Positions 28,601 through 40,983 of a DNA stretch of 64,000 nucleotides are shown piece by piece. The position numbers and the translations under genes are program-made. Positions within the stretch are counted from its first letter, which is position 1. Every line of letters starts with the position of its first letter. The notes under the pieces were generated by a model. That model was given only the letters and a program-made list of their open reading frames with translations, was not told where the DNA came from and did no database searches. The stretch is from Antedon mediterranea (lineage: Eukaryota > Animalia > Echinodermata), in NCBI RefSeq assembly GCF_964355755.1, contig NC_092677.1:20916101-20980100 (forward strand), written 5' to 3'.

Positions 28601-29046
28601 TATTTAAAAACGTTTTAGACCATTTTGAGCATTCCGACAAAACTTTTTCACACAAAACTTCAAAGTGTACAGAATAGCTTTAAATCGCATTTGGAGACGT
28701 TTTAGACCATTTTGTAGTTTTCGAAAAAACTTGTTAACATAAAAACACAAAAGAGCTTCAAATCGCATTTGGAGACGTTTTAGACCCTTTTGTGCATTTC
28801 GATGAAACTTGGTTACACAAAAACATCAAAGTGCTTAAAATCACATTAGAAACCGTTTTAGACCATTTTGAGCATTTCGTTAAAACTTTTCACACAAAAA
28901 CATCAAAGTCCACAAAATAGCTTAATATCGTATTTAAAAACGTTTTAGACAATTTTGAGCATTTCGAAAAAACTTTTTCACACAAAACATCAAAGTTTAC
29001 AAAATAGCTTCAAATCGCATTTGGAGACGTTTTAGACCATTTTGTG
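19645..29046. repeat. Tandem duplication, period 4308 bp, overlapping the 2171-bp duplication
   Basis: Private variants at constant offset 4308: CACGAAAAC 20452/24760, TACCGTATT 21812/26120, TTTCCCAC (first C at 23026/27334), and the 1-bp deletion AGCTTATATCG at 23623/27931. Confidence 0.88.
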
Positions 29047-30321
29047 ATTTTCGAAAAAACTTGTTAACATAAAAACACCAAAGTGCTCAGAATACCTTCA
29101 AATCGCATTTTGAGACGTTTTAGACCATTTTGTTCATTTCGATGAAACAAAAACACAAAAACATCAAATTGCACAAAATGGCTTAATATGATATGGGAAA
29201 ACGTTTTAGACCATTTTGAACATTTCGTTAAAAGTTTTCACACAAAAACATCAAAGTCCACAAAATAGCTTAATATCGTATTTAAAAACGTTTTAGACCA
29301 TTTTGAGCATTTCGAAAAAACTTTTCCACACAAAACATCAAAGTTTACAAAAGAGCTTCAAATCGCATTTGGAGACGTTTTAGACCATTTTGTGATTTTC
29401 GAAAAAACTTGTTAACATAAAAACACAAAAGTGCTCAGAATACCTTCAAATCGCATTTGGAGACGTTTTAGACCATTTTGTGATTTTCGAAAAAACTTGT
29501 TTACATAAAAACACCAAAGTGCTTAGAAAAGCTTCAAATCGCATTTGGAGACGTTTTAAACCATTTTGTTCATTTCGATGAAACTTGGTTACACAAAAAC
29601 ATCAAAGAGCACAAAACTATTTAAAAACGTTTTAGACCATTTTGTGCATTCCGACAAAACTTTTTCACACAAAACATCAAAGTGTACAGAATAGCTTTAA
29701 ATCGCATTTGGAGACGTTTTAGACCATTTTGTAGTTTTCGAAAAAACTTGTTAACATAAAAACACCAAAGAGCTTCAAATCGCATTTGGAGACGTTTTAG
29801 ACCCTTTTGTGCATTTCGATGAAACTTGGTTACACAAAAACATCAAAGTGCTTAAAATCACATTAGAAACCGTTTTAGACCATTTTGAGCATTTCGTTAA
29901 AACTTTTCACACAAAAACATCAAAGTCCACAAAATAGCTTAATATCGTATTTAAAAACGTTTTAGACCATTTTGAGCATTTCGAAAAAACTTTTTCACAC
30001 AAAACATCAAAGTTTACAAAATAGCTTCAAATCGCATTTGGAGACGTTTTAGACCATTTTGTGATTTTCGAAAAAACTTGTTAACATAAAAACACCAAAG
30101 TGCTCAGAATACCTTCAAATCGCATTTTGAGACGTTTTAGACCATTTTGTGATTTTCGAAAAAACAACATAAAAACACCAAAGTGCTCAGAATACCTTCA
30201 AATCGCATTTGGAGACGTTTTAGACCATTTTGTGATTTTCGAAAAAACTTGTTAACATAAAAACACCAAAGTGCTCAGAATACCTTCAAATCGTATTTTG
30301 AGACGTTTTAGACAATTTTGT

Positions 30322-32930
30322 GATTTTCGAAAAAACTTGTTAACATAAAAACACCAAAGTGCTTAGAAAAGCTTCAAATCGCATTTGGAGGCGTTTTAGA
30401 CCATTTTGTGCATTTCGATGAAACTTGGTTACACAAAAACATCAAAGTGTACAGAATAGCTTCAAATCGCATTAGAAACCGTTTTAGACCATTTTGAGCA
30501 TTTCGAAAAAACTTTTTCACACCAAACATCAAAGTGTACAAAATAGCTTCAAATCGCATTTGGAGACGTTTTAGACAATTTTGTGATTTTCGAAAAAACT
30601 TGTTTACATAAAAACACGAAAGTGCTAAGAATAGCTTCCAATCGCATTTGGAGACGTTTTAGACCCTTTTGTGCATTTCGATGAAACTTGGTTACACAAA
30701 AACATCAAAGTGCTTAAAATCACATTAGAAACCGTTTTAGACCATTTTGAGCATTTCGTTAAAATTTTTCACAGAAAAACATCAAAGAGCCAAAAATAGC
30801 TTAATATCGTATTTAAAAACGTTTTAGACCATTTTGAGCATTTCGACAAAACTTTTTCACACAAAATATCAAAGTGTACAGAATAGCTTCAAATCGCATT
30901 TGGAGACGTTTTAACCCATTTTGAGCATTTCGATAAAATTTTACACACAAAAACATCAAAGTGCACAAAATAGCTTAATATGGTATTTAAAAACGTTTTA
31001 GACCATTTTGAGCAATTCAACAAAACTTTTTCTCACAAAACATCAAAGTGTACAGAATAGCTTCAAATCGCATTTGGAGACGTTTTAGACCATTTTGTGC
31101 ATTTCGATGAAACTTGGTTACACAAAAACATCAAAGTGCTTAAAATCACATTTTGAGCATTTCGTTAAAACTTTTCACACAAAAACATCAAAGTCCACAA
31201 AATAGCTTAATATCGTATTTAAAAACGTTTTAGACCATTTTGAGCATTTCGAAAAAACTTTTCCACACAAAACATCAAAGTTTACAAAATAGCTTCAAAT
31301 CGCATTTGGAGACGTTTTAGACCATTTTGTGATTTTCGAAAAAACTTGTTAACATAAAAACACCAAAGTGCTCAGAATACCTTCAAATCGCATTTGGAGA
31401 CGTTTTAGACCCTTTTGTGCATTTCGATGAAACTTGGTTACACAAAAACATCAAAGTGCTTAAAATCACATTAGAAACCGTTTTAGACCATTTTGAGCAT
31501 TTCGTTAAAATTTGTCACAGAAAAACATCAAAGAGCAAAAAATATCTTAATATCGTATTTAAAAACGTTTTAGACCATTTTGAGCATTTCGACAAAACTT
31601 TTTCACACAAAACATCAAAGTGTACAAAATAGCTTCAAATCGCATTTGGAGACGTTTTAACCCATTTTGAGCATTTCGATAAAATTTTACACACAAAAAC
31701 ATCAAAGTGCACAAAATAGCTTAATATGGTATTTAAAAACGTTTTAGACCATTTTGAGCATTTCAACAAAACTTTTTCTCACAAAACATCAAAGTGTACA
31801 GAATAGCTTCAAATCGCATTTGGAGACGTTTTAGACTTTTTTGTGCATTTCGATGAAACTTGGTTACACAAAAACATCAAAGTGCTTAAAATCACATTTT
31901 GAGCATTTCGTTAAAACTTTTCACACAAAAACATCAAAGTCCACAAAATAGCTTAATATCGTATTTAAAAACGTTTTAGACCATTTTGAGCATTTCGAAA
32001 AAACTTTTCCACACAAAACATCAAAGTTTACAAAATAGCTTCAAATCGCATTTGGAGACGTTTTAGACCATTTTGTGATTTTCGAAAAAACTTGATAACA
32101 TAAAAACACCAAAGTTCTCAGAATACCTTCAAATCGTGTTTTGAGACGTTTTAGACCATTTTGTGATTTTCGAAAAAACTTGTTAACATAAAAACACCAA
32201 AGTGCTCAGAATACCTTCACATCGCATTTTGAGACGTTTTAGACCATTTTGTGATTTTCGAAAAAACTTGTTAACATAAAAACACCAAAGTGCTTAGAAA
32301 AGCTTGAAATCGCATTTGGAGACGTTTTAGACCATTTTGTGCATTTCGATGAAACTTGGTTACACAAAAACATCAAAGTGCTTAAAATCACATTTTGAGC
32401 ATTTCGTTAAAACTTTTCAGACAAAAACATCAAAGAGTAAAAAATAGCTTAATATCGTATTTAAAAACGTTTTAGACCATTTTGAGCATTTCGACAAAAT
32501 TTTTTCACACAAAACATCAAAGTGTACAGAATAGCTTTAAATCGCATTTGGAGACGTTTTAGACCATTTTGTTCATTTCGATGAAACAAAAACACAAAAA
32601 CATCAAATTGCACAAAATGGCTTAATATGATATGGGAAAACGTTTTAGACCATTTTGAACATTTCGTTAAAAGTTTTCACACAAAAACATCAAAGTCCAC
32701 AAAATAGCTTAATATCGTATTTAAAAACGTTTTAGACCATTTTGAGCATTTCGAAAAAACTTTTTCACACAAAACATCAAAGTTTACAAAATAGCTTCAA
32801 ATCGCATTTGGAGACGTTATAGACCATTTTGTGATTTTCGAAAAAACTTCTTAACATAAAAACACCAAAGTGCTCAGAATACCTTCAAATCGCATTTTGA
32901 GACGTTTTAGACCATTTTGTGATTTTCGAA
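30322..32930. repeat. Dispersed copy of window positions ~1-2380 (offset 30321, then 30553 after a 232-bp indel)
   Basis: Shared rare variants: CACCAAACATC, AACACGAAAG, CAAAATATC, GCAATTCAAC, TTTGTCACAG, AATATCTTAA, TAGACTTTTT, TTGATAACAT, CGTTATAGA. The ORF pairs 53/30374 and 1096/31417 have the same offset. Confidence 0.88.
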
Positions 32931-35900
32931 AAAACTTGTTAACATAAAAACACCAAAGTGCTTAGAAAAGCTTGAAATCGCATTTGGAGACGTTTTAGAC
33001 CATTTTGTGCATTTCGATGAAACTTGGTTACACAAAAACATCAAAGTGCTTAAAATCACATTTTGAGCATTTCGTTAAAACTTTTCACACAAAAACATCA
33101 AAGAGTAAAAAATAGCTTAATATCGTATTTAAAAACGTTTTAGACCATTTTGAGCATTTCGACAAAATTTTTTCACACAAAACATCAAAGTGTACAGAAT
33201 AGCTTTAAATCGCATTTGGAGACGTTTTAGACCATTTTGTTCATTTCGATGAAACAAAAACACAAAAACATCAAATTGCACAAAATGGCTTAATATGATA
33301 TGGGAAAACGTTTTAGACCATTTTGAACATTTCGTTAAAAGTTTTCACAAAAAAACATCAAAGTCCACAAAATAGCTTAATATCGTATTTAAAAACGTTT
33401 TAGACAATTTTGAGCATTTCGAAAAAACTTTTTCACACAAAACATCAAAGTTTACAAAATAGCTTCAAATCGCATTTGGAGACGTTTTAGACCATTTTGT
33501 GATTTTCGAAAAAACTTGTTAACATAAAAACACCAAAGTGCTCAGAATACCTTCAAATCGCATTTTGAGACGTTTTAGACCATTTTGTGATTTTCGAAAA
33601 AACTTGTTAACATAAAAACACCAAAGTGCTCAGAATACCTTCAAATCGTGTTTTGAGACGTTTTAGACCATTTTGTGATTTTGGAAAAACTTGTTAACAT
33701 AAAAACACCAAAGTGCTCAGAATACCTTCAAATCGCATTTGGAGACGTTTTAGACCATTTTGTGATTTTCGAAAAAACTTGTTAACATAAAAACACCAAA
33801 GTGCTCAGAAAAGCTTCAAATCGCAATTGGAGACGTTTTAAACCATTTTGTTCATTTCGATGAAACTTGGTTACACAAAAACATCAAATTGCACAAAATG
33901 GCTTAATTATGGTATGGGAAAACGTTTTAGACCATTTTGAACATTTCGAGAAAACTTTTTCACACAAAACTTCAAAGTGTACAGAATAGCTTCAAATCGC
34001 ATTAGAAACCGTTTTAGACCATTTTGAGCATTTCGAAAAAAACTTTTTCACACAAAACATCAAAGTTTACAAAATAGCTTCAAATCGCATTTGGAGACGT
34101 TTTAGACCATTTTGTGATTTTCGAAAAAACTTGTTAACATAAAAACACCAAAGTGCTCAGAATACCTTCAAATCGCATTTTGAGACGTTTTAGACCATTT
34201 TGTGATTTTCGAAAAAACTTGTTAACATAAAAATACCAAAGTGCTCAGAATACCTTCAAATCGTGTTTTGAGACGTTTTAGACCATTTTGTGATTTTCGA
34301 AAAAACTTGTTAACATAAAAACACCAAAGTGCTCAGAATACCTTCAAATCGCATTTGGAGACGTTTTAGACCATTTTGTGATTTTCGAAAAAACTTGTTA
34401 ACATAAAAACACCAAAGTGCTCAGAAAAGCTTCAAATCGCATTTGGAGACGTTTTAAACCATTTTGTTCATTTCGATGAAACTTGGTTACACAAAAACAT
34501 CAAAGAGCACAAAAGTATTTAAAAACGTTTTAGACCATTTTGAGCATTCCGACAAAACTTTTTCACACAAAACATCAAAGTGTACAGAATAGCTTTAAAT
34601 CGCATTTGGAGACGTTTTAGACCATTTTGTAGTTTTCGAAAAAACTTGTTAACATAAAAACACAAAAGAGCTTCAAATCGCATTTGGAGACGTTTTAGAC
34701 CCTTTTGTGCATTTCGATGAAACTTGGTTACACAAAAACATCAAAGTGCTTAAAATCACATTAGAAACCGTTTTAGACCATTTTGAGCATTTCGTTAAAA
34801 CTTTTCACACAAAAACATCAAAGTCCACAAAATAGCTTAATATCGTATTCAAAAACGTTTTAGACCATTTTGAGCATTTCGAAAAAACTTTTTCACACAA
34901 AACATCAAAGTTTACAAAATAGCTTCAAATCGCATTTGGAGACGTTTTAGACCATTTTGTGATTTTCGAAAAAACTTGTTAACATAAAAACACCAAAGTG
35001 CTCAGAATACCTTCAAATCGTATTTTGAGACGTTTTAGACAATTTTGTGATTTTCGAAAAAACTTGTTAACATAAAAACACCAAAGTGCTTAGAAAAGCT
35101 TCAAATCGCATTTGGAGACGTTTTAGACCATTTTGTGATTTTCGAAAAAACTTGTTAACATAAAAACACCAAAGTGCTCAGAATACCTTCAAATCGTATT
35201 TTGAGACGTTTTAGACAATTTTGTGATTTTCGAAAAAACTTGTTAACATAAAAACACCAAAGTGCTTAGAAAAGCTTCAAATCGCATTTGGAGACGTTTT
35301 AGACCATTTTGTGCATTTCGATGAAACTTGGTTACACAAAAACATCAAAGTGCTTAAAATCACATTTTGAGCATTTCGTTAAAACTTTTCACACAAAAAC
35401 ATCAAAGAGCAAAAAATAGCTTAATATCGTATTTAAAAACGTTTTAGACCATTTTGAGCATTTCGACAAAACTTTTTCACACAAAACATCAAAGTGTACA
35501 AAATAGCTTCAAATCGCATTTGGAGACGTTTTAGACAATTTTGTGATTTTCGAAAAAACTTGTTTACATAAAAACACCAAAGTGCTAAGAATAGCTTCCA
35601 ATCGCATTTGGAGACGTTTTAGACCCTTTTGTGCATTTCGATGAAACTTGGTTACACAAAAACATCAAAGTGCTTAAAATCACATTAGAAACCGTTTTAG
35701 AACATTTTGAGCATTTCGTTAAAATTTTTCACAGAAAAACATCAAAGAGCAAAAAATAGCTTAATATCGTATTTAAAAACGTTTTAGACCATTTTGAGCA
35801 TTTCGACAAAACTTTTTCACACAAAACAACAAAGTGTACAGAATAGCTTCAAATCGCATTTGGAGACGTTTTAACCCATTTTGAGCATTTCGATAAAATT

Positions 35901-36139
35901 TTACACACAAAAACATCAAAGTGCACAAAATAGCTTAATATGGTATTTAAAAACGTTTTAGACCATTTTGAGCATTTCAACAAAACTTTTTCTCACAAAA
36001 CATCAAAGTGTACAGAATAGCTTCAAATCGCATTTGGAGACGTTTTAGACCATTTTGTGCATTTCGATGAAACTTGGTTACACAAAAACATCAAAGTGCT
36101 TAAAATCACATTTTGAGCATTTCGTTAAAACTCTTCACA

Positions 36140-39100
36140 CAAAAACATCAAAGTCCACAAAATAGCTTAATATCGTATTTAAAAACGTTTTAGACCATTT
36201 TGAGCATTTCGAAAAAACTTTTCCACACAAAACATCAAAGTTTACAAAATAGCTTCAAATCGCATTTGGAGACGTTTTAGACCATTTTGTGATTTTCGAA
36301 AAAACTTGTTAACATAAAAACACCAAAGTGCTCAGAATACCTTCAAATCGCATTTGGAGACGTTTTAGACCCTTTTGTGCATTTCGATGAAACTTGGTTA
36401 CACAAAAACATCAAAGTGCTTAAAATCACATTAGAAACCGTTTTAGACCATTTTGAGCATTTCGTTAAAATTTTTCACAGAAAAACATCAAAGAGCAAAA
36501 AATAGCTTAATATCGTATTTAAAAACGTTTTAGACCATTTTGAGCATTTCGAAAAAACTTTTTCACACAAAACATCAAAGTGTACAGAATAGCTTCAAAT
36601 CGCATTTGGAGACGTTTTAACCCATTTTGAGCATTTCGATAAAATTTTACACACAAAAACATCAAAGTGCACAAAATAGCTTAATATGGTATTTAAAAAC
36701 GTTTTAGACCATTTTGAGCATTTCAACAAAACTTTTTCTCGCAAAACATCAAAGTGTACAGAATAGCTTCAAATCGCATTTGGAGACGTTTTAGACCATT
36801 TTGTGCATTTCGATGAAACTTGGTTACACAAAAACATCAAAGTGCTTAAAATCACATTTTGAGCATTTCGTTAAAACTTTTCACACAAAAACATCAAAGT
36901 CCACAAAATAGCTTAATATCGTATTTAAAAACGTTTTAGACCATTTTGAGCATTTCGAAAAAACTTTTCCACACAAAACATCAAAGTTTACAAAATAGCT
37001 TCAAATCGCATTTGGAGACGTTTTAGACCATTTTGTGATTTTCGAAAAAACTTGTTAACATAAAAACACCAAAGTGCTCAGAATACCTTCAAATCGTGTT
37101 TTGAGACGTTTTAGACCATTTTGTAATTTTCGAAAAAACTTGTTAACATAAAAACACCAAAGTGCTCAGAATACCTTCACATCGCATTTTGAGACGTTTT
37201 AGACCATTTTGTGATTTTCGAAAAAACTTGTTAACATAAAAACACCAAAGTGCTTAGAAAAGCTTGAAATCGCATTTGGAGACGTTTTAGACCATTTTGT
37301 GCATTTCGATGAAACTTGGTTAAAGTGCTTAAAATCACATTTTGAGCATTTCGTTAAAACTTTTCACACAAAAACATCAAAGAGTAAAAAATAGCTTAAT
37401 ATCGTATTTAAAAACGTTTTAGACCATTTTGAGCATTTCGACAAAATTTTTTCACACAAAACATCAAAGTGTACAGAATAGCTTTAAATCGCATTTGGAG
37501 ACGTTTTAGACCATTTTGTTCATTTCGATGAAACAAAAACACAAAAACATCAAATTGCACAAAATGGCTTAATATGATATGGGAAAACGTTTTAGACCAT
37601 TTTGAACATTTCGTTAAAAGTTTTCACAAAAAAACATCAAAGTCCACAAAATAGCTTAATATCGTATTTAAAAACGTTTTAGACCATTTTGAGCATTTCG
37701 AAAAAACTTTTCCACACAAAACATCAAAGTTTACAAAATAGCTTCAAATCGCATTTGGAGACGTTTTAGACCATTTTGTGATTTTCGAAAAAACTTGTTA
37801 ACATAAAAACACCAAAGTGCTCAGAATACCTTCAAATCGCATTTGGAGACGTTTTAGACCCTTTTGTGCATTTCGATGAAACTTGGTTACACAAAAACAT
37901 CAAAGTGCTTAAAATCACATTAGAAACCGTTTTAGACCATTTTGAGCATTTCGTTAAAATTTTTCACAGAAAAACATCAAAGAGCAAAAAATAGCTTAAT
38001 ATCGTATTTAAAAACGTTTTAGACCATTTTGAGCATTTCGACAAAACTTTTTCACACAAAACATCAAAGTGTACAGAATAGCTTCAAATCGCATTTGGAG
38101 ACGTTTTAACCCATTTTGAGCATTTCGATAAAATTTTACACACAAAAACATCAAAGTGCACAAAATAGCTTAATATGGTATTTAAAAACGTTTTAGACCA
38201 TTTTGAGCATTTCAACAAAACTTTTTCTCGCAAAACATCAAAGTGTACAGAATAGCTTCAAATCGCATTTGGAGACGTTTTAGACCATTTTGTGCATTTC
38301 GATGAAACTTGGTTACACAAAAACATCAAAGTGCTTAAAATCACATTTTGAGCATTTCGTTAAAACTTTTCACACAAAAACATCAAAGTCCACAAAATAG
38401 CTTAATATCGTATTTAAAAACGTTTTAGACCATTTTGAGCATTTCGAAAAAACTTTTCCACACAAAACATCAAAGTTTACAAAATAGCTTCAAATCGCAT
38501 TTGGAGACGTTTTAGACCATTTTGTGATTTTCGAAAAAACTTGTTAACATAAAAACACCAAAGTGCTCAGAATACCTTCAAATCGTGTTTTGAGACGTTT
38601 TAGACCATTTTGTAATTTTCGAAAAAACTTGTTAACATAAAAACACCAAAGTGCTCAGAATACCTTCACATCGCATTTTGAGACGTTTTAGACCATTTTG
38701 TGATTTTCGAAAAAACTTGTTAACATAAAAACACCAAAGTGCTTAGAAAAGCTTGAAATCGCATTTGGAGACGTTTTAGACCATTTTGTGCATTTCGATG
38801 AAACTTGGTTAAAGTGCTTAAAATCACATTTTGAGCATTTCGTTAAAACTTTTCACACAAAAACATCAAAGAGTAAAAAATAGCTTAATATCGTATTTAA
38901 AAACGTTTTAGACCATTTTGAGCATTTCGACAAAATTTTTTCACACAAAACATCAAAGTGTACAGAATAGCTTTAAATCGCATTTGGAGACGTTTTAGAC
39001 CATTTTGTTCATTTCGATGAAACAAAAACACAAAAACATCAAATTGCACAAAATGGCTTAATATGATATGGGAAAACGTTTTAGACCATTTTGAACATTT

Positions 39101-39200
39101 CGTTAAAAGTTTTCACAAAAAAACATCAAAGTCCACAAAATAGCTTAATATCGTATTTAAAAACGTTTTAGACCATTTTGAGCATTTCGAAAAAACTTTT
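36140..39200. repeat. Tandem duplication, period 1489 bp
   Basis: The 13-bp-deletion marker TTGGTTAAAGTGC is at about 37321/38810 and CTCGCAAAAC at about 36741/38230. Confidence 0.85.
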
Positions 39201-40983
39201 TCACACAAAACATCAAAGTTTACAAAATAGCTTCAAATCGCATTTGGAGACGTTTTAGACCATTTTGTGATTTTCGAAAAAACTTGTTAACATAAAAACA
39301 CCAAAGTGCTCAGAATGCCTTCAAATCGCATTTTGAGACGCTTTAGACCATTTTGTGATTTTCGAAAAAACTTGTTAACATAAAAACACCAAAGTGCTCA
39401 GAATACCTTCAAATCGTGTTTTGAGACGTTTTAGACCATTTTGTGATTTTGGAAAAACTTGTTAACATAAAAACACCAAAGTGCTCAGAATACCTTCAAA
39501 TCGCATTTGGAGACGTTTTAGACCATTTTGTGATTTTCGAAAAAACTTGTTAACATAAAAACACCAAAGTGCTCAGAAAAGCTTCAAATCGCAATTGGAG
39601 ACGTTTTAAACCATTTTGTTCATTTCGATGAAACTTGGTTACACAAAAACATCAAATTGCACAAAATGGCTTAATATGGTATGGGAAAACGTTTTAGACC
39701 ATTTTGAACATTTCGAGAAAACTTTTTCACACAAAACTTCAAAGTGTACAGAATAGCTTCAAATCGCATTAGAAACCGTTTTAGACCATTTTGAGCATTT
39801 CGAAAAAACTTTTTCACACAAAACATCAAAGTTTACAAAATAGCTTCAAATCGCATTTGGAGACGTTTTAGACCATTTTGTGATTTTCGAAAAAACTTGT
39901 TAACATAAAAACACCAAAGTGCTCAGAATACCTTCAAATCGCATTTTGAGACGTTTTAGACCATTTTGTGATTTTCGAAAAAACTTGTTAACATAAAAAT
40001 ACCAAAGTGCTCTGAATACCTTCAAATCGTGTTTTGAGACGTTTTAGACCATTTTGTGATTTTCGAAAAAACTTGTTAACATAAAAACACCAAAGTGCTC
40101 AGAATACCTTCAAATCGCATTTGGAGACGTTTTAGACCATTTTGTGATTTTCGAAAAAACTTGTTAACATAAAAACACCAAAGTGCTCAGAAAAGCTTCA
40201 AATCGCATTTGGAGACGTTTTAAACCATTTTGTTCATTTCGATGAAACTTGGTTACACAAAAACATCAAAGAGCACAAACGTATTTAAAAACGTTTTAGA
40301 CCATTTTGAGCATTCCGACAAAACTTTTTCACACAAAACATCAAATTGTACAGAATAGCTTTAAATCGCATTTGGAGACGTTTTAGACCATTTTGTAGTT
40401 TTCGAAAAAACTTGTTAACATAAAAACACAAAAGAGCTTCAAATCGCATTTGGAGACGTTTTAGACCCTTTTGTGCATTTCGATGAAACTTGGTTACACA
40501 AAAACATCAAAGTGCTTAAAATCACATTAGAAACCGTTTTAGACCATTTTGAGCATTTCGTTAAAACTTTTCACACAAAAACATCAAAGTGTACAGAATA
40601 GCTTTAAATCGCATTTGGAGACGTTTTAGACCATTTTGTAGTTTTCGAAAAAACTTGTTAACATAAAAACACAAAAGAGCTTCAAATCGCATTTGGAGAC
40701 GTTTTAGACCATTTTGTGATTTTCGAAAAAACTTGTTAACATAAAAACACCAAAGTGCTCAGAATACCTTCAAATCGCATTTTGAGACGTTTTAGACCAT
40801 TTTGTGATTTTCGAAAAAACCACATAAAAACACCAAAGTGCTCAGAATACCTTCAAATCGCATTTGGAGACGTTTTAGACCATTTTGTGATTTTGGAAAA
40901 AACTTGTTAACATAAAAACACCAAAGTGCTCAGAATACCTTCAAATCGTATTTTGAGACGTTTTAGACAATTTTGTGATTTTC

